From the NCBI GenBank assembly GCA_951406725.2, contig CATOCA020000001.1:3844001-3908000 (forward strand): a stretch of DNA of 64,000 nt. The letters are read 5' to 3'. A program made the position numbers and the translations under genes. The notes below the pieces were generated by a model that ran no database searches, was not told the DNA's origin, and saw nothing but the letters and a program-made list of their open reading frames with translations. This DNA is from Octopus vulgaris. Its lineage: Eukaryota. Numbering within the stretch: the first letter of the stretch is position 1; each line of letters starts with the position of its first letter. Below, piece by piece: positions 41,338-53,198 of this stretch.

Positions 41338-42340
41338 CCACTCTAATTCTTTCTCTCCTTCCTCATACATTAATATATCCCTCCCCTTCCCTAGGGTTTC
41401 TCTCTCTCACTCTTTCTTCCTTTCTCTCTCTCTCTCTCTCACGCATTCTGTCTCTCTCTCTCTCTCCCACTCTCATTCTTTCTCTGCTTCCTCATATGTT
41501 AATATATCCCTCCCCTTCCCTAGGGTTTCTCTCTCTCACCCTTTCTTCCTTTCTTTCTCTCTCTCTCTCTCTCTCTCACGCATTCTGTCTCTCTCTCTCC
41601 CACTCTCATTCTTTCTCTGCTTCCTCATACATTAATATATCCCTCCCCTTCCCTAGGGTTTCTCTCTCTCACTCTTTCTTCCTTTCTTTCTCTCTCTCTC
41701 TCTCTCTCACGCATTCTGTCTCTCTCTCTCCCACTCTCATTCTTTCTCTGCTTCCTCATACATTAATATATCCCTCCTCTTCCCTAGGGTTTCTCTCTCT
41801 CACTCTTTCTTCCTTTCTTTTTCTCTCTCTCTCTCTCTCTCACGCATTCTGTCTCTCTCTCTCCCACTCTCATTCTTTCTCTGCTTCCTCATACATTAAT
41901 ATATCCCTCCCCTTCCCTAGGCTTTCTCTCTCTCACTCTTTCTTCCTTTCTTTCTCTCTCTCTCTCTCTCTCTCTCTCACGCATTCTGTCTCTCTCTCTC
42001 CCACTCTCACTCCCCCTCTCTGCTTCCTCATACATTAATATATCCCTCCTCTTCCCTAGGGCTTCTCTCTCTCACTCTTTCTTCCTTTCTTTCTCTCTCT
42101 CTCTCTCACGCATTCTGTCTCTCTCTCTCTCTCTCCCACTCTCATTCTTTCTCTGCTTCCTCATACATTAATATATCCCTCCCCTTCCCTAGGCTTTCTC
42201 TCTCTCACTCTTTCTTCATTTCTTTCTCTCTCTCTCTCTCTCTCACGCATTCTCTCTCTCTCTCTCCCACTCTCATTCTTTCTCTGCTTCCTCATACATT
42301 AATATATCCCTCCCCTTCCCTAGGGTTTCTCTCTCTCTTC
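41180..42340. repeat. CT-rich minisatellite, ~120-140-bp unit, 9 copies
   Basis: Core cctcatacattaatatatccctccccttccctagg recurs 9 times with variable (CT)n spacers. Confidence 0.9.
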
Positions 42341-42509
42341 CTCTCCTTTTATCCCTAAGAAACCTTACTTTCTTACAAATAAATTATATTTTCAGATTTA
42401 CCTTCAAATTTCTCTCTCGCTAATTATTTTACCAGAAGCTAATTATTTAACTAACCATTAATTACATAATTACTGTGTAGTTCTTAATTGAGCAAATTAA
42501 ATAGCCGAG

Positions 42510-42915
42510 ACATTGACGGACAATTTAAGAAGCATTTATTCAAAGAATCCTCATACACCTGGTTTGACATCATGCTAGAAATAACAGCCCACTACACTCA
42601 AAGTTGCTTTGTTTTTCATACGAAATTGAAAGACAATTTAAGAAGCATTTATAAAACTTTTTCCCGGATCTGGTCAGACTTCTTCATCGAAGGAGAAACC
42701 AAGTGAAGAAGCGTCTATAAAACGTATTGGTGGTCTGTTATCTTGCTAGAAATAACTGCCCACCACACTATAATTTATATTGTTTTCATGAAGGTCACTT
42801 TAAGGAGCTTCTAAGGAAATATAGTCCAATTGGGGATCAAATGTGATGCTAGAAATAACAGCCAAGTATGTTAAAGTTTGGTTTTGTGTTTCATATGAAA
42901 ATGAAGGACACTTCG
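42510..42915. repeat. Degenerate ~110-bp tandem repeat; related arrays at 46930-47285 and 48590-48820
   Basis: Recurrent gaaggacaatttaagaagcatttat ... tgctagaaataacagcc ... gtttttcatatgaaa. Confidence 0.7.
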
Positions 42916-42919
42916 AAAC

Positions 42920-44870
42920 TCTTCTCTCTCCTTCCTCCTTCTGTATTAATACCTCATCCTTCCCCTCTTCCTTTCTCTAATACATGATAGACTCCCTCTC
43001 TTATCACACACATCATTCCCTCTCCTTCTCAACTCCCCCCTCTTTCACTTATTTATGTTATTGTTTAACCCCGCCTCCCTCATCCCTCGTTTTCTCTCAA
43101 CTCTTACTCTCCCTCCCTCACAAAGCATATATCTCATACATCACCTCTGTTTCCTCCCCCGCTCACTTTTTGTCTCTCTCTCCCTCCCTCTTTACCATCT
43201 CATATCTCATACTCTCCCTCTACCTCTTTTGCGCTCCGCCCCACGTCACACTCTCCCTCTCTTTCTAAACCTATGTATCCTTCTCTCTCTCCCTCCACCT
43301 CCTTATATAATATTCTCTCATTCTCTTACCTCATTCTTTCCCTCCCTTTCTCCTCCCTTTCCCTCTCCCTCTCTTTCTCTATGTCTGTCTTTCTCTCTCT
43401 TTGCTCTCTCGATTTCTCTATTTCAGTCTCTCTCTTTCGCCCTCTCGCTTCTCATGTATCTCTCTCTGTCTCCGTGTCTCTGTTTGTCTGTCTCTCTCTT
43501 TCTCCCTCTCTCCCTCTCCCTCTCTCTATCACCTTATTATATATTAATGCTCCACCTTTTTACTCTTTCTCTCTCATCTCATACTCCTCCTCTCTCTCTC
43601 CCTCTCCCTCTTACATCTTATCATTTTTACAGAATTACGTCACCTTCCTTTCTATCTCTCTCTTATTCTTTCTTTCTTCCTTTTTTTCGTTCATTTTCCT
43701 CTCTTCCTTTCTTTCTTCCTTTCTTTCTTTCTTTCTTTCAATTTCCTTTCTTTCTTTCTTTCAATTTCCTTTCTTTCTTTCTTTTTTCTTTCTTTCTTTT
43801 TTTCTTTCTTTCTTTCTTCCTTTCTTACTCTTTCTTTCTTTCATTCATTCCCCTTCCTTTCTTTCTTTCTTTCTTTATTTCTTCTTTCATTTCTCTCATC
43901 TTTTTCTGTTTCCTTCTTTCATTTTCGTTATTTCTTTAGTTTTCTTTCAGTTTTTCATTTCCTTCTTCTTTCTCTTCATTCTCTTTTCTTTCTTCGCTCT
44001 TATCTTTCCTTCTCCTTTGCTTCTTTTCTTTTTCTTCCTTTCTTTTTTTCGTCGTTGTTTCGTTGCTTTTCTTTGTTTTCTTTTCCTTTTCTCCTTTTTC
44101 TCTCTCTCCCTCTCGCCCAGCTCTTATCTTTCTCTCTTTCTTTCCTTCTTTTTTCCTTCTTTTTCCTTCTTTCTTCCCTTCATTCTTTCTATCTTTCCTT
44201 CTTTTTCCTTCTATCTTTTCTTCTTTCCTTTCTTTCCCTTTCCTCCTTTCTATTTTTGTTTCATTCTTTCTAAATTTCCTTCTTTTCCCTTTCTATCTTT
44301 CTTTTCTTTCTACCTTTCCTTCCTTCTTTTTCTTTTCTTGCTCCTTTCTTTCTCCCTTTCTTTCTTTCTTTCTTAATTTCTTTCTTACTTTCTTTCTTTT
44401 TTCCTTTCTTTCTTTCTTTATTTATTTCTTCCGCTCTCATTTCATGTATTATTACAGAATCACATTACTTTTTTCCTTCCCCCCTCCCTTCTATCATTCC
44501 TTCTTTTTCTCTTTTCTTTCTTCCTCCCTCTCTCTTTCTCTTTCATTCTTTCCTTCTTTTTACTCTCTCTCTCTCTCTCTCACACTCATTCTTTCTCTTA
44601 ATCTCATTGTTTCTATCTCTCTCTCATTCTTTCTTTCTTTTTCTTTCTTTCATGTTTGTTTACCATTACTTACTTTCTTTTTTTTCTTTCTTTCTTTCTT
44701 TCTTTTTTCTTTCTTTCTCTCTTTTTTCTTTCTATCTATCTTTCTTTCTTTCTTTCTTTACTCTTCCTTTCTCTTTCTTTTTACTTTCTTTCTTTCTTTC
44801 TTTCTCTCTTTGTGTTTTCTTTCTTTCCTTTTCCTCTTTCTTTCTTTCTATTTTCTTTCTTTCTTTCCGA
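42920..44870. repeat. Long polypyrimidine (CT/TTTC) low-complexity tract; purine-strand equivalents at 50680-51050 and 51790-52410
   Basis: Directly visible; gives the F/S/L-rich artefactual ORFs. Confidence 0.95.
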
Positions 44871-44999
44871 GCAACAACGAATGGATTAATTGTTGCTGTG
44901 TTTAAAATCTACGAAACTTACCCCCGAATTTAGGCGGAGGTAAAAATGCCTATCGTTTTGAAGTGTCACATTTATATAGTTATGTTCTCATAACAATAC

Positions 45000-45150
45000 A
45001 GACATGTCTAGTTAAGACATGATTTTGCGAGAATGATTTAATGAAGACATCAAGACAGTTGAAATATTTGGGCGAAGATGGCACAGAATGACCCAATCAA
45101 GAAAGAACTGGAAGGGCATCGTGAGCAGCGACGTGTAACAGCATCCGATA
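45000..45150 (+). pseudogene. Possible RTE-like LINE 3'-end relic
   Basis: EDIKTVEIFGRRWHRMTQSRKNWKGIV resembles the D.I...W...AQDR..W RTE C-terminus. Short and degenerate. Confidence 0.35.
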
Positions 45151-45743
45151 GAATGAATCAGTACAGTCAGATATTAATACTCAAAGAAACATATAAATAT
45201 AATTAATGGCATAAGAAAGGTTAACTGTCATAAATATTTCAGAGGAGATTGAACGTGATTCCTTCTTGCTGTTGACACCTGGGGAAATGTCCTTTGAGTG
45301 AATTTCTCTTAATCAGCTGATAATAATACATTTATAAATCTTATGATACATTTCTCAACTACTACATACACACATATAGGCGATCCTTCGATATAACTCG
45401 GGGAAATGTCACTTTTAATCAACTGTTAAGTTACAGCGCTCGGTAAATTCAGTAAAATTTATTTATTTATTTTCGTAGGTGAAAATTGACAGACTTCGAA
45501 GGCAGCATAAAGTGAAAGAGAGAGGAAATGGATATGGATGTGTGTATGTGTCGATGGGGGTTGCGAGACAGAAAGCGTGTGTTGTGTGTTGCTAAGAGAG
45601 GCAAACTTAATACTTTTCCTTAATTTGTGTTCCCTGGAAACTAATTAAAGACTAAGAAACGAAAGTGTAAAAAAGCGAAATTGTGAGATGTCAAGCGAAA
45701 AACGAATCAGTGACGTAGAAAAATGTTCGATATTTATTGATAA

Positions 45744-46115
45744 TCTTTATATATAAAAGTAAGGTTGTGTGTCTGTCTCCTACGATTTAGATTCCTAACT
45801 ACTCCCACATTTTGCGGTGCAGTTTAACCAAAACCGGGTATCTTATAGTCGTGATTCATATCGATCCCTTCTGGGTATTAGCGTACGTCTACGATGAGTC
45901 TACGATTAAAAAAAAATTACCATCATTTTTTTCCATTTTAATGCATTTTTCGCTATTATATAAGGGAAGTAACTCTCTAGAAATGTCTTCGATGAGTCAA
46001 CGATTTAAAAAAAAATTATAATGCATTTTTTGCTATTTTTTGGCTATAACTCTCTAAAAATGCTTATATAGTTATTTCCCTTACAAACCCGAGCAACGCC
46101 GGGCGATACTGCCAG
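45744..46115 (+). mobile_element. Non-autonomous Helitron
   Basis: A|TC 5' end (tctttatatataaaa), subterminal hairpin cccgagcaacgccggg, and 3' end CCAG|T (CTAG with one change). Confidence 0.75.
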
Positions 46116-47383
46116 TGTGTTATAAACACTTCGATGTGTTATTCTCATTAAATCATATTTGGAAACCTGTAGAGTTTGCGCAAGAAAACAGATTTCATTA
46201 GACTCAATAAAAAGGAAAACAGTTTAAAGCAAAAAGGGTTGTGGTAAGAGTTATCCTTGCTCTGACTCTCTACTTCCCCGCCCTTCGTTATATATTCCTT
46301 ACCTCTGACTCTCCCTCTCTCAGTAGACACTCTCACCCCATTTAATGTGGACTGACTCCGCCCCTCTTACCTCTTACCCTTCCTCTATTAGTAAATGTAT
46401 TTGCCTTCTCTCTCTGTAGCTAACAGTCTCTCTCTTCCCGCCTCCTTATATATTACAGTGCCTCTCCCTCTCTTGCCTTCTATTTCCATCCCCTTTCTCT
46501 CTCTCTCTCTCTCTCTCACACACCTACAATACATAGCAATCGACTACTCCCTCTTTGTCTCCTCTCTCCCTCCTCCACTTCATTATATATTTATTTTAAA
46601 CCCCGCCTCCCTTGCCATACCGCTCACCTCATCCCCTCCCTCACTTACTGATACTATATATCAGTTTCTCTTCCTCTCTGTAACCTCATACATTAACGTG
46701 TCCCTCCCCTTCCCTAGGTATCCCTCTCTATTTTCCTTTCTTCCTCTCTATCTCCCTCCTCCTCTTCATTATATTATTACCCTCTCCTTCTTCCTCTCCT
46801 TTTATTTCTAACAACTTCTCTGATTTAAATTTTGGTGCAGCTTAATTTAAATAATTAATTATTTAACTAATGACTAATTACATAAATACTTTGTAAGTTT
46901 ATAATTGAAGAAATTAAATAGTGCAAGCATTGAAGGACAATTTAAGAAGCATTTATTAAAATAATTGTCCTCTACATGATTTCACATTATGCTAGAAATA
47001 ACAGCCAACTGCACACAAATTTACATTTGTTTCCATTAAATAATTAAAAGAGACATTAAGAAGCATTTTAAAAATCTTTTCCCATATGTGGTATTCTTCA
47101 TTCTAGAAATAGAAGCCGTGTGACTTTCAATTCACTATGTTTGTCATATAAAAATTTGAAGGACAATTGAGAAGAATTTATAAAAGAAAGAGACCAACAT
47201 ATTTTCTCACATCTTACTAGAAACAGAAAGCAAGTCCTTCAAAGTTTATAGTTTTTCAGTTGTAACTGGAAGGACACTTCGAGAAACACCGCTACTTCTG
47301 CCTTCTCTCCAACACAACATTCTCCCACACTCTTACTAAAACCTTTATATCATTTGCTCTCTCTCTCTCTCTTTCTCTCTCTG

Positions 47384-47455
<72 letters not shown>

Positions 47456-47527
47456 TGTATTGTCATTCGCTTGAAGCATTGTATATTGTTTGTAAAAAAT
47501 ATAAAGTGTCTTGAATGGCACAACAGT

Positions 47528-47738
47528 GCACTATAATAACAACTATGGACTATAATAACTGTTATAATTTAATCATCCATAGTCTGATATAACATTTCGG
47601 AATATAGAAAAAACCATTGGAAAACCGATTGTAGCAGTGACTCGATCAATTCCTAGGGATATCTGAAGAAGGAATTTTTATATCCCGAAATTTTGTATCA
47701 AACTATGGATGATTAAATTATAACAGTTATTATAGTGC
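47528..47738. mobile_element. MITE/foldback element with ~60-bp terminal inverted repeats
   Basis: actataataactgttataatttaatcatccatagt...ttcggaatata is reverse-complemented at 47676-47736. Confidence 0.8.
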
Positions 47739-47766
47739 TTTGTTGTGCCTTTCAAAACACATTCTT

Positions 47767-47837
<71 letters not shown>

Positions 47838-48023
47838 ACACACACAGAGTCTTTTAAATTCTAGGCGCAAGGCCCGAAATTTTGGGGGAGGAGTCCAGTT
47901 GAATAGATCGACCCCAGTAAGCAACTGGTACTTAGTTTATCGACCTCGAAAAGGTAAAGGACAAAGTTGACTGCGGCGGAATTTGAACTCAGAACATTAA
48001 GACAGACGAAATATATATATTTC

Positions 48024-48420
48024 GGAGCAGGAGTGGCTGTGTGGTAAGTAACTTGTTTACCAACCACATGGTTCCGGGTTCAGTCCCACTGCATGGCACC
48101 TTGGGCAAGTGTCTTCTACTATAGCCTCGGGCCAACCAAAGCCTTGTGAGTGGATTTGGTAGACGGAAACTGAAAGAAGTCCGTCGTATATGTGTATATA
48201 TATGCGTGTGTGTGTTTGTGTATCTGTGTTTGTCCCCCTAGCATTGCTTGACAACCGATGCTGGTGAGTTTATGTACACGTCAACTAGCGGTTCGGCAAA
48301 AGAGACCGATTGAATAAGTACTGGGCTTACAAAAGAAAAAGTCCCGGGGTCGAGTTGCTCGATTAAAGGCGTTGCTGCAGTATGGCCGCAGTGAAATGAC
48401 TGAAACAAGTAAAAGAGTAA
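48024..48420 (+). mobile_element. CORE-type SINE; other copies 49675-49870 (-, partial), 51051-51435 and 51445-51785 (+, head-to-tail pair), 58290-58603 (-, internally deleted)
   Basis: Family match as at 3106. Confidence 0.9.
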
Positions 48421-48822
48421 AAGAGTATATATATATATACTTTTACCCCCTCCCTCTCTCGCTAAACTATATATCCCTCCCCTTCTCTCACCCTCTGTCT
48501 CTTTATGTTCCACTTTCTTTTCCTTCTCTCTCACTCCCTCTCTTCTCTCACTTTATCTCTCTCTCCCCATATCTTTCTCTCTCTCTCTAAAGGACACTTT
48601 ACAGATCAACTACAAAAATATTTCCCCACCCATGATTTCATATCCTGCTAGAAAATACAACCAATTACCTTCAAACTTGCATTTACTTTCAATTGAAGGA
48701 CAGTTTAAGAAGCATGTATTAGAACATTTCCTACATGTGATCAATCTTCACGCTAGAAACAGAAACCAAATGACTTCAAATTTTGTTTGTTTTTCATATG
48801 AGAATTGAAGGATGTTTCCAAA

Positions 48823-49132
48823 TCATCATCATCATCATCATCATCATCGTTTAACGTCCGCTTTCCATGCTAGCATGGGTTGGACGATTTTGACTGAGGG
48901 CTGGTGAACAAGATGGCTGCACCAGGCTCCAATCTTGATCCGGCAGAGTTTCTACAACTGGATGCCCTTCCTAACGCCAACCACTCCGAGAGTGTAGTAG
49001 GTGATTTTTACGTGCCACCGGCACGGGGGCCAGTCAGGCGGTACTGGCAATGACCTCACGCAAATCTTTTTACACATGCCACCGGCACAGGAGGTCAGTG
49101 ACGTGACGTTGGTAACGATCACGCTCGAAAGG
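48823..49132 (-). mobile_element. 3' part of a third SINE-like retroposon with (GAT)n tail
   Basis: Minus strand ...ggttggcgttaggaagggcatccag...tccaacccatgctagcatggaaagcggacgttaaac(gat)n. Terminal stem-loop plus trinucleotide tail. Confidence 0.7.
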
Positions 49133-49198
49133 TTTCCAAAGTATTTATAAAAGCAATTGATCTCCAAATGATCTCAAAATATTTAATAAAAACGGTAA

Positions 49199-49670
49199 CT
49201 ATGCATCCAGGCCTCAAACCCATATCTCCAGAAAGACATTCAGCACCTAGAACGGGTTCAACACTTAGCCAACGGAATGATCGTGGGCCTGTCTAAGCTT
49301 ACGGATGAGGAACGTCTCCAACGGCTGGCATTACCTTCACTCGAACAACGGAGAATGCGGGGAGAACTCATCCCAGCTTTCAACATCTTCAACGGGAATA
49401 TAAATCTACCATTTGCGGAGTTTTTCACCCCTGCGCCGGATAGGGGTTTTCGTGAGCACGATTGGAAACTCTATCCCCGACACTTTCGACTCAACAGGCA
49501 AAAGGCTACATTCTCTATCCGTATCGCAGCCCCGTGGAACAAGCTACCACAAGATGTCATTCAACTGCCCACCACTCCCCTGTTCAAAGAGGCTCTGGAC
49601 AATTGTGACGACTGTATAAAACAATAACTGCTTTTCTTTTTTAACATGGCTTAAGCATATTGTGCTCTTT
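49199..49670 (+). pseudogene. CR1/L2-group LINE ORF2 C-terminal fragment
   Basis: PYLQKDIQHLERVQ...EERLQRLALPSLEQRRMRGELI..FNI...FSIR...WNKLPQDVI...FKEALD (ORF 49277-49627 plus upstream). Confidence 0.9.
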
Positions 49671-49923
49671 TACTCTTTTACTTGTTTCAGTCATTTGACT
49701 GTGGCCATGCTGAAGCACCGCCTTCACTAGAGCAAATCGACCCCGGGAGTTATTCTTTGTAAGCCTAGTACTTATTCTATGAGTATCTATTTCCTAACCG
49801 CTAAGTTACGGAGACATAAACACACCAGCATTGGTTGTCAAGCGATGTTGGGGAGACAAACACAGACACACAAACATACACACACACACACACGCACACA
49901 CACACACACACACAAACACGCAC

Positions 49924-49955
<32 letters not shown>

Positions 49956-50410
49956 GTAGTTAGAATTTACAAAAAGGACAGACCAAACAATATGAAAAAC
50001 ATTACAAATTTGAAAGTCTTTAATAATGGAAGGCAAAATGAAGTGTGCTGCTCTCAGCTACCATCTTAAGCTCCGATAGTGTGGGCGCATTGCCTCTGAA
50101 GATGGACAGGTAGAAAGCCTCAGCCAGTGCTGCTGTGGGGGTGGCGCCAAAAGAGACAGGTCTGAATCGGTTTTCCGTTTATATAGTTTCCATCGCGAGC
50201 CTCGTTGTGACCTCGCGCATGGCAAATGGATGCAGGTGGGGTATCGCTCAGGTCTCGTAGATGGCAATGGCTGCCGCGAGATCTCATCCAATATGGTGCT
50301 TGCTGCTTGTGCCGCTACAAGTCGTTGCTTGCTGCTTCCGGAATGATGCGAGACAATATAGAGGTCAGTTTCTCTAACAAAGGCCGAAATAATTATGCGA
50401 AGGAGATAAT

Positions 50411-50666
50411 TATTGGGTTAGGGTGTAATTATTGTCTTTTTTTTTCCAAAAAATTTATTCAACGAAAACAATAACAATATTTAACAAAAACATCTTTAAA
50501 TGACGGTCTGACCGTCTGTCAAGCAAATGGCAAGCAGTAACTGAGGTAGATGGTGAATATGCTCCGGAATAATCATTTAAAGATGGTTTTGTTACATGTT
50601 GTTATAATATTTTTATTGAATAAAATTTGTTAAAAAAAGCTGCAATAATTATGCCCCAACCCAATA
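50411..50666. mobile_element. Mariner-type MITE
   Basis: TA-flanked TIRs tattgggttagggtgtaattattg / caataattatgccccaacccaata. Inverted similarity extends ~90 bp (catctttaaatga / tcatttaaagatg). Confidence 0.8.
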
Positions 50667-52760
50667 GATTGCGTGAGGGAGAGAGAGGGGGAGAAAGAAA
50701 GGAAGGAAAATAGAATTAAAGGAAGAAGAAGAGAAAGGAAAAGAATGAAATGAAGAAAGAAAGAAGGAGAGAGGAGGGAGGGGAAAACGCGACGTTATTC
50801 TGTCATAAAGTATGACATAAGAGTGAAAGAAAAAATGAGAAAGAGAATGAGAGAAAGAAAGAAATAAAGAAGAGAAAAAAGAATGAAAGAAATAATTAAA
50901 GGAAGAAAGAAGGAAATAAATAAAGGAAAGAAGAAAGGAGGTAAGGAAGGAAGGAAGAAGGAAACAAGGAAAGGGAGGGAGAGGAAAGACAGAAAGTAAA
51001 TACTGAAGTAAGAATTAAAGGAAGAGAGAAAGAAATAAGGAAAGAAACTTAGGAGCGGCTGTGTGGTAAGTAGCTTGCTAACGAACCACATGGTTCTGGG
51101 TTCAGTCCCACTGCGTGGCACCTTGGGCAAGTGTCTTCTACTATAGCCTCGGGCCAACCGAAGCCTTGTGAGTGGATTTGGTAGACGGAAACTGAAAGAA
51201 GCCCGTTGCATATATGTATATATATATGTATGTGAGTGTATATGTTTGTTTGTGTTTGTCCCCCCCTCCAACATCGCTTGACAACCGATGCTGGTGTGTT
51301 TACGTCCCCGTAACTTAGCGGTTCGGAAAAAGAGAACGAAAGAATGAGTACTAGGCTTACAAACAATAAGTCCTGGGGTCGATTTGCTCGACTAAAGACG
51401 GTGCTCCAGCATGGCCACAGAATAAAAGTAAAAGTAAAAGAGGGGGCGCAGGAGTGGCTGTGTGGTAAGTAGCTTGCTTACCAACCACATGGTTACGGGT
51501 TCAGTCCTACTGCGTGGCACCTTGGGCAAGTGTCTTCTACTATAGCCTCGGGTGACCAATGCTTTGAGAGTGGATTTGGTAGACGGAAACTGAAAGAAGC
51601 CCGTTGCATATATGTATATATATATGTATGTGAGTGTATATGTTTGTTTGTGTTTGTCCCCGTAACTTAGCGGTTCGGAAAAAGAGAAAGAAAGAATAAG
51701 TACTAGGCTTACAAAGAATAAGTCCTGGGGTCGATTTGCTCGACTAAAGACGGTGCTCCAGCATGGCCACAGAATAAAAGTAAAAGAGGGGGGCAGTATG
51801 AGTAGAGAGACAAAGAGAAAAAAGTGTTAATATATAATGAGGTAATAAAGAGAGAGGGGAGGGAGAAGAAGAAAGAAAGGAAGGGAGAAAGAGAGACAGA
51901 CAGACAGAGGGAGAGAGGGAGAGGGAGAGACAGACAGACAGACTTGCATATGAAGGGACAGGGAGAGACTGAGATAGAGAAATTGAGGGTAAGGGTGAGG
52001 TAAGAGATAAAGCAAGGGAGGCGGAGTGGTTAAAAAAGATATATTATGAGGGGCTGAGAGACAAAGAGGGATGTGTCGATTGTTGTGTGTTGTAGGAGGG
52101 AGGGAAGGAGAGAGAGAGAGAGAAAACGAGAGGGTATAAGGTAAGAGAATAGATGAGGCGGAATGATATAGTAATACATATGAGTGGGGGAGAGAGATAG
52201 AGAGAGCATGAGGTAGGAGGGAGATTAAGAAAAGCGGAATGACGTAGCAATATACAGATCGAAAGGGAGAGAGAAAGCAAGAAAGGGGGAGCATACAGTA
52301 ATATATAATGAGGTGGGAGGGGGAGAGAGAAAGCAAGAAAGGGGGAGCATACAGTAATATATAATGAGGTGAGACAAGGTGAGAGAGCAGTGGGAGGGGA
52401 GAGAGAATGTAGGTGAATTTTTGCGTGTGTGCAAGTGTATGCGTAAGTGTGTATATCTATGTATACGCTTATATATTGGTGCGCATGCATGTATGTACGC
52501 ACACCCCTGTTAAATGAAAGAATAGCCTCCTGTCTTATTCTCCCGTAAAGCTTTCCGGCTTTTCAAAGAAAATATATTCAACACAATCAACTATTCATAG
52601 TGTGGGAAAGTTTGTTTCAAGCCGGGCGAACCTAATACAATAAAAGAATGCGTCTAAATGTGCAGCAGACGGTGTTCACATGTTGATGCATGTGCGCAGA
52701 CGAAACTGCTTGGTTCGAAGCGAGAGAATATCGAATAAATAAAAGAATAAATTAGAATGA

Positions 52761-52892
52761 ACTAGAAAGGCACCCAAAGAGCGCAGACCTCCGCCAAGCA
52801 ACCCATTTCCACCCATATACACGAATGCCCCAAAAATAGCCAATTTCTCAAACAAACATCAGCAGAAATATAACCTCCTTGGCGAGGGTAAA
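52761..52892. mobile_element. Helentron-associated (HINE/DINE-1-like) short element; truncated copy 58059-58160
   Basis: Subterminal inverted repeats acctccgccaag / cttggcgagggt and terminus ataacctccttggcg. Family assignment is from memory. Confidence 0.45.
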
Positions 52893-53198
52893 AAAAGATA
52901 ACACGGCCATATAATTAAAAAAAAAACCCTTTCAAAACAGGAATCATTTGAAGCAATTAAATACATCACCACCACCACCACCACCACAAATATCCTACCA
53001 CTAACACCACCACTACGACTACAAACATTATCATCAGCATTATCATTGCTTCCACTTAGACCACATACACCACCATAGCTTTTCACCATTTCGGGGTCGA
53101 TAAATTAAGTACCAGTTACGCACTGGTGTCGATATAATCTACTTAATCCATTTGTCTGTCTTTATTTGTCCTCTCTTCGTTTAGCTCTTTGTGGGTAG

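Noticed and set aside
43055-44933. Long F/S/L-rich ORFs (up to 367 aa) resembling membrane proteins
   Set aside because: Polypyrimidine tracts lack stop codons, so several overlapping frames are open.
45281-45412. Repeated GGGAAATGTC (also 40388), NF-kB-like
   Set aside because: Too short and too few to support a regulatory call without functional data.
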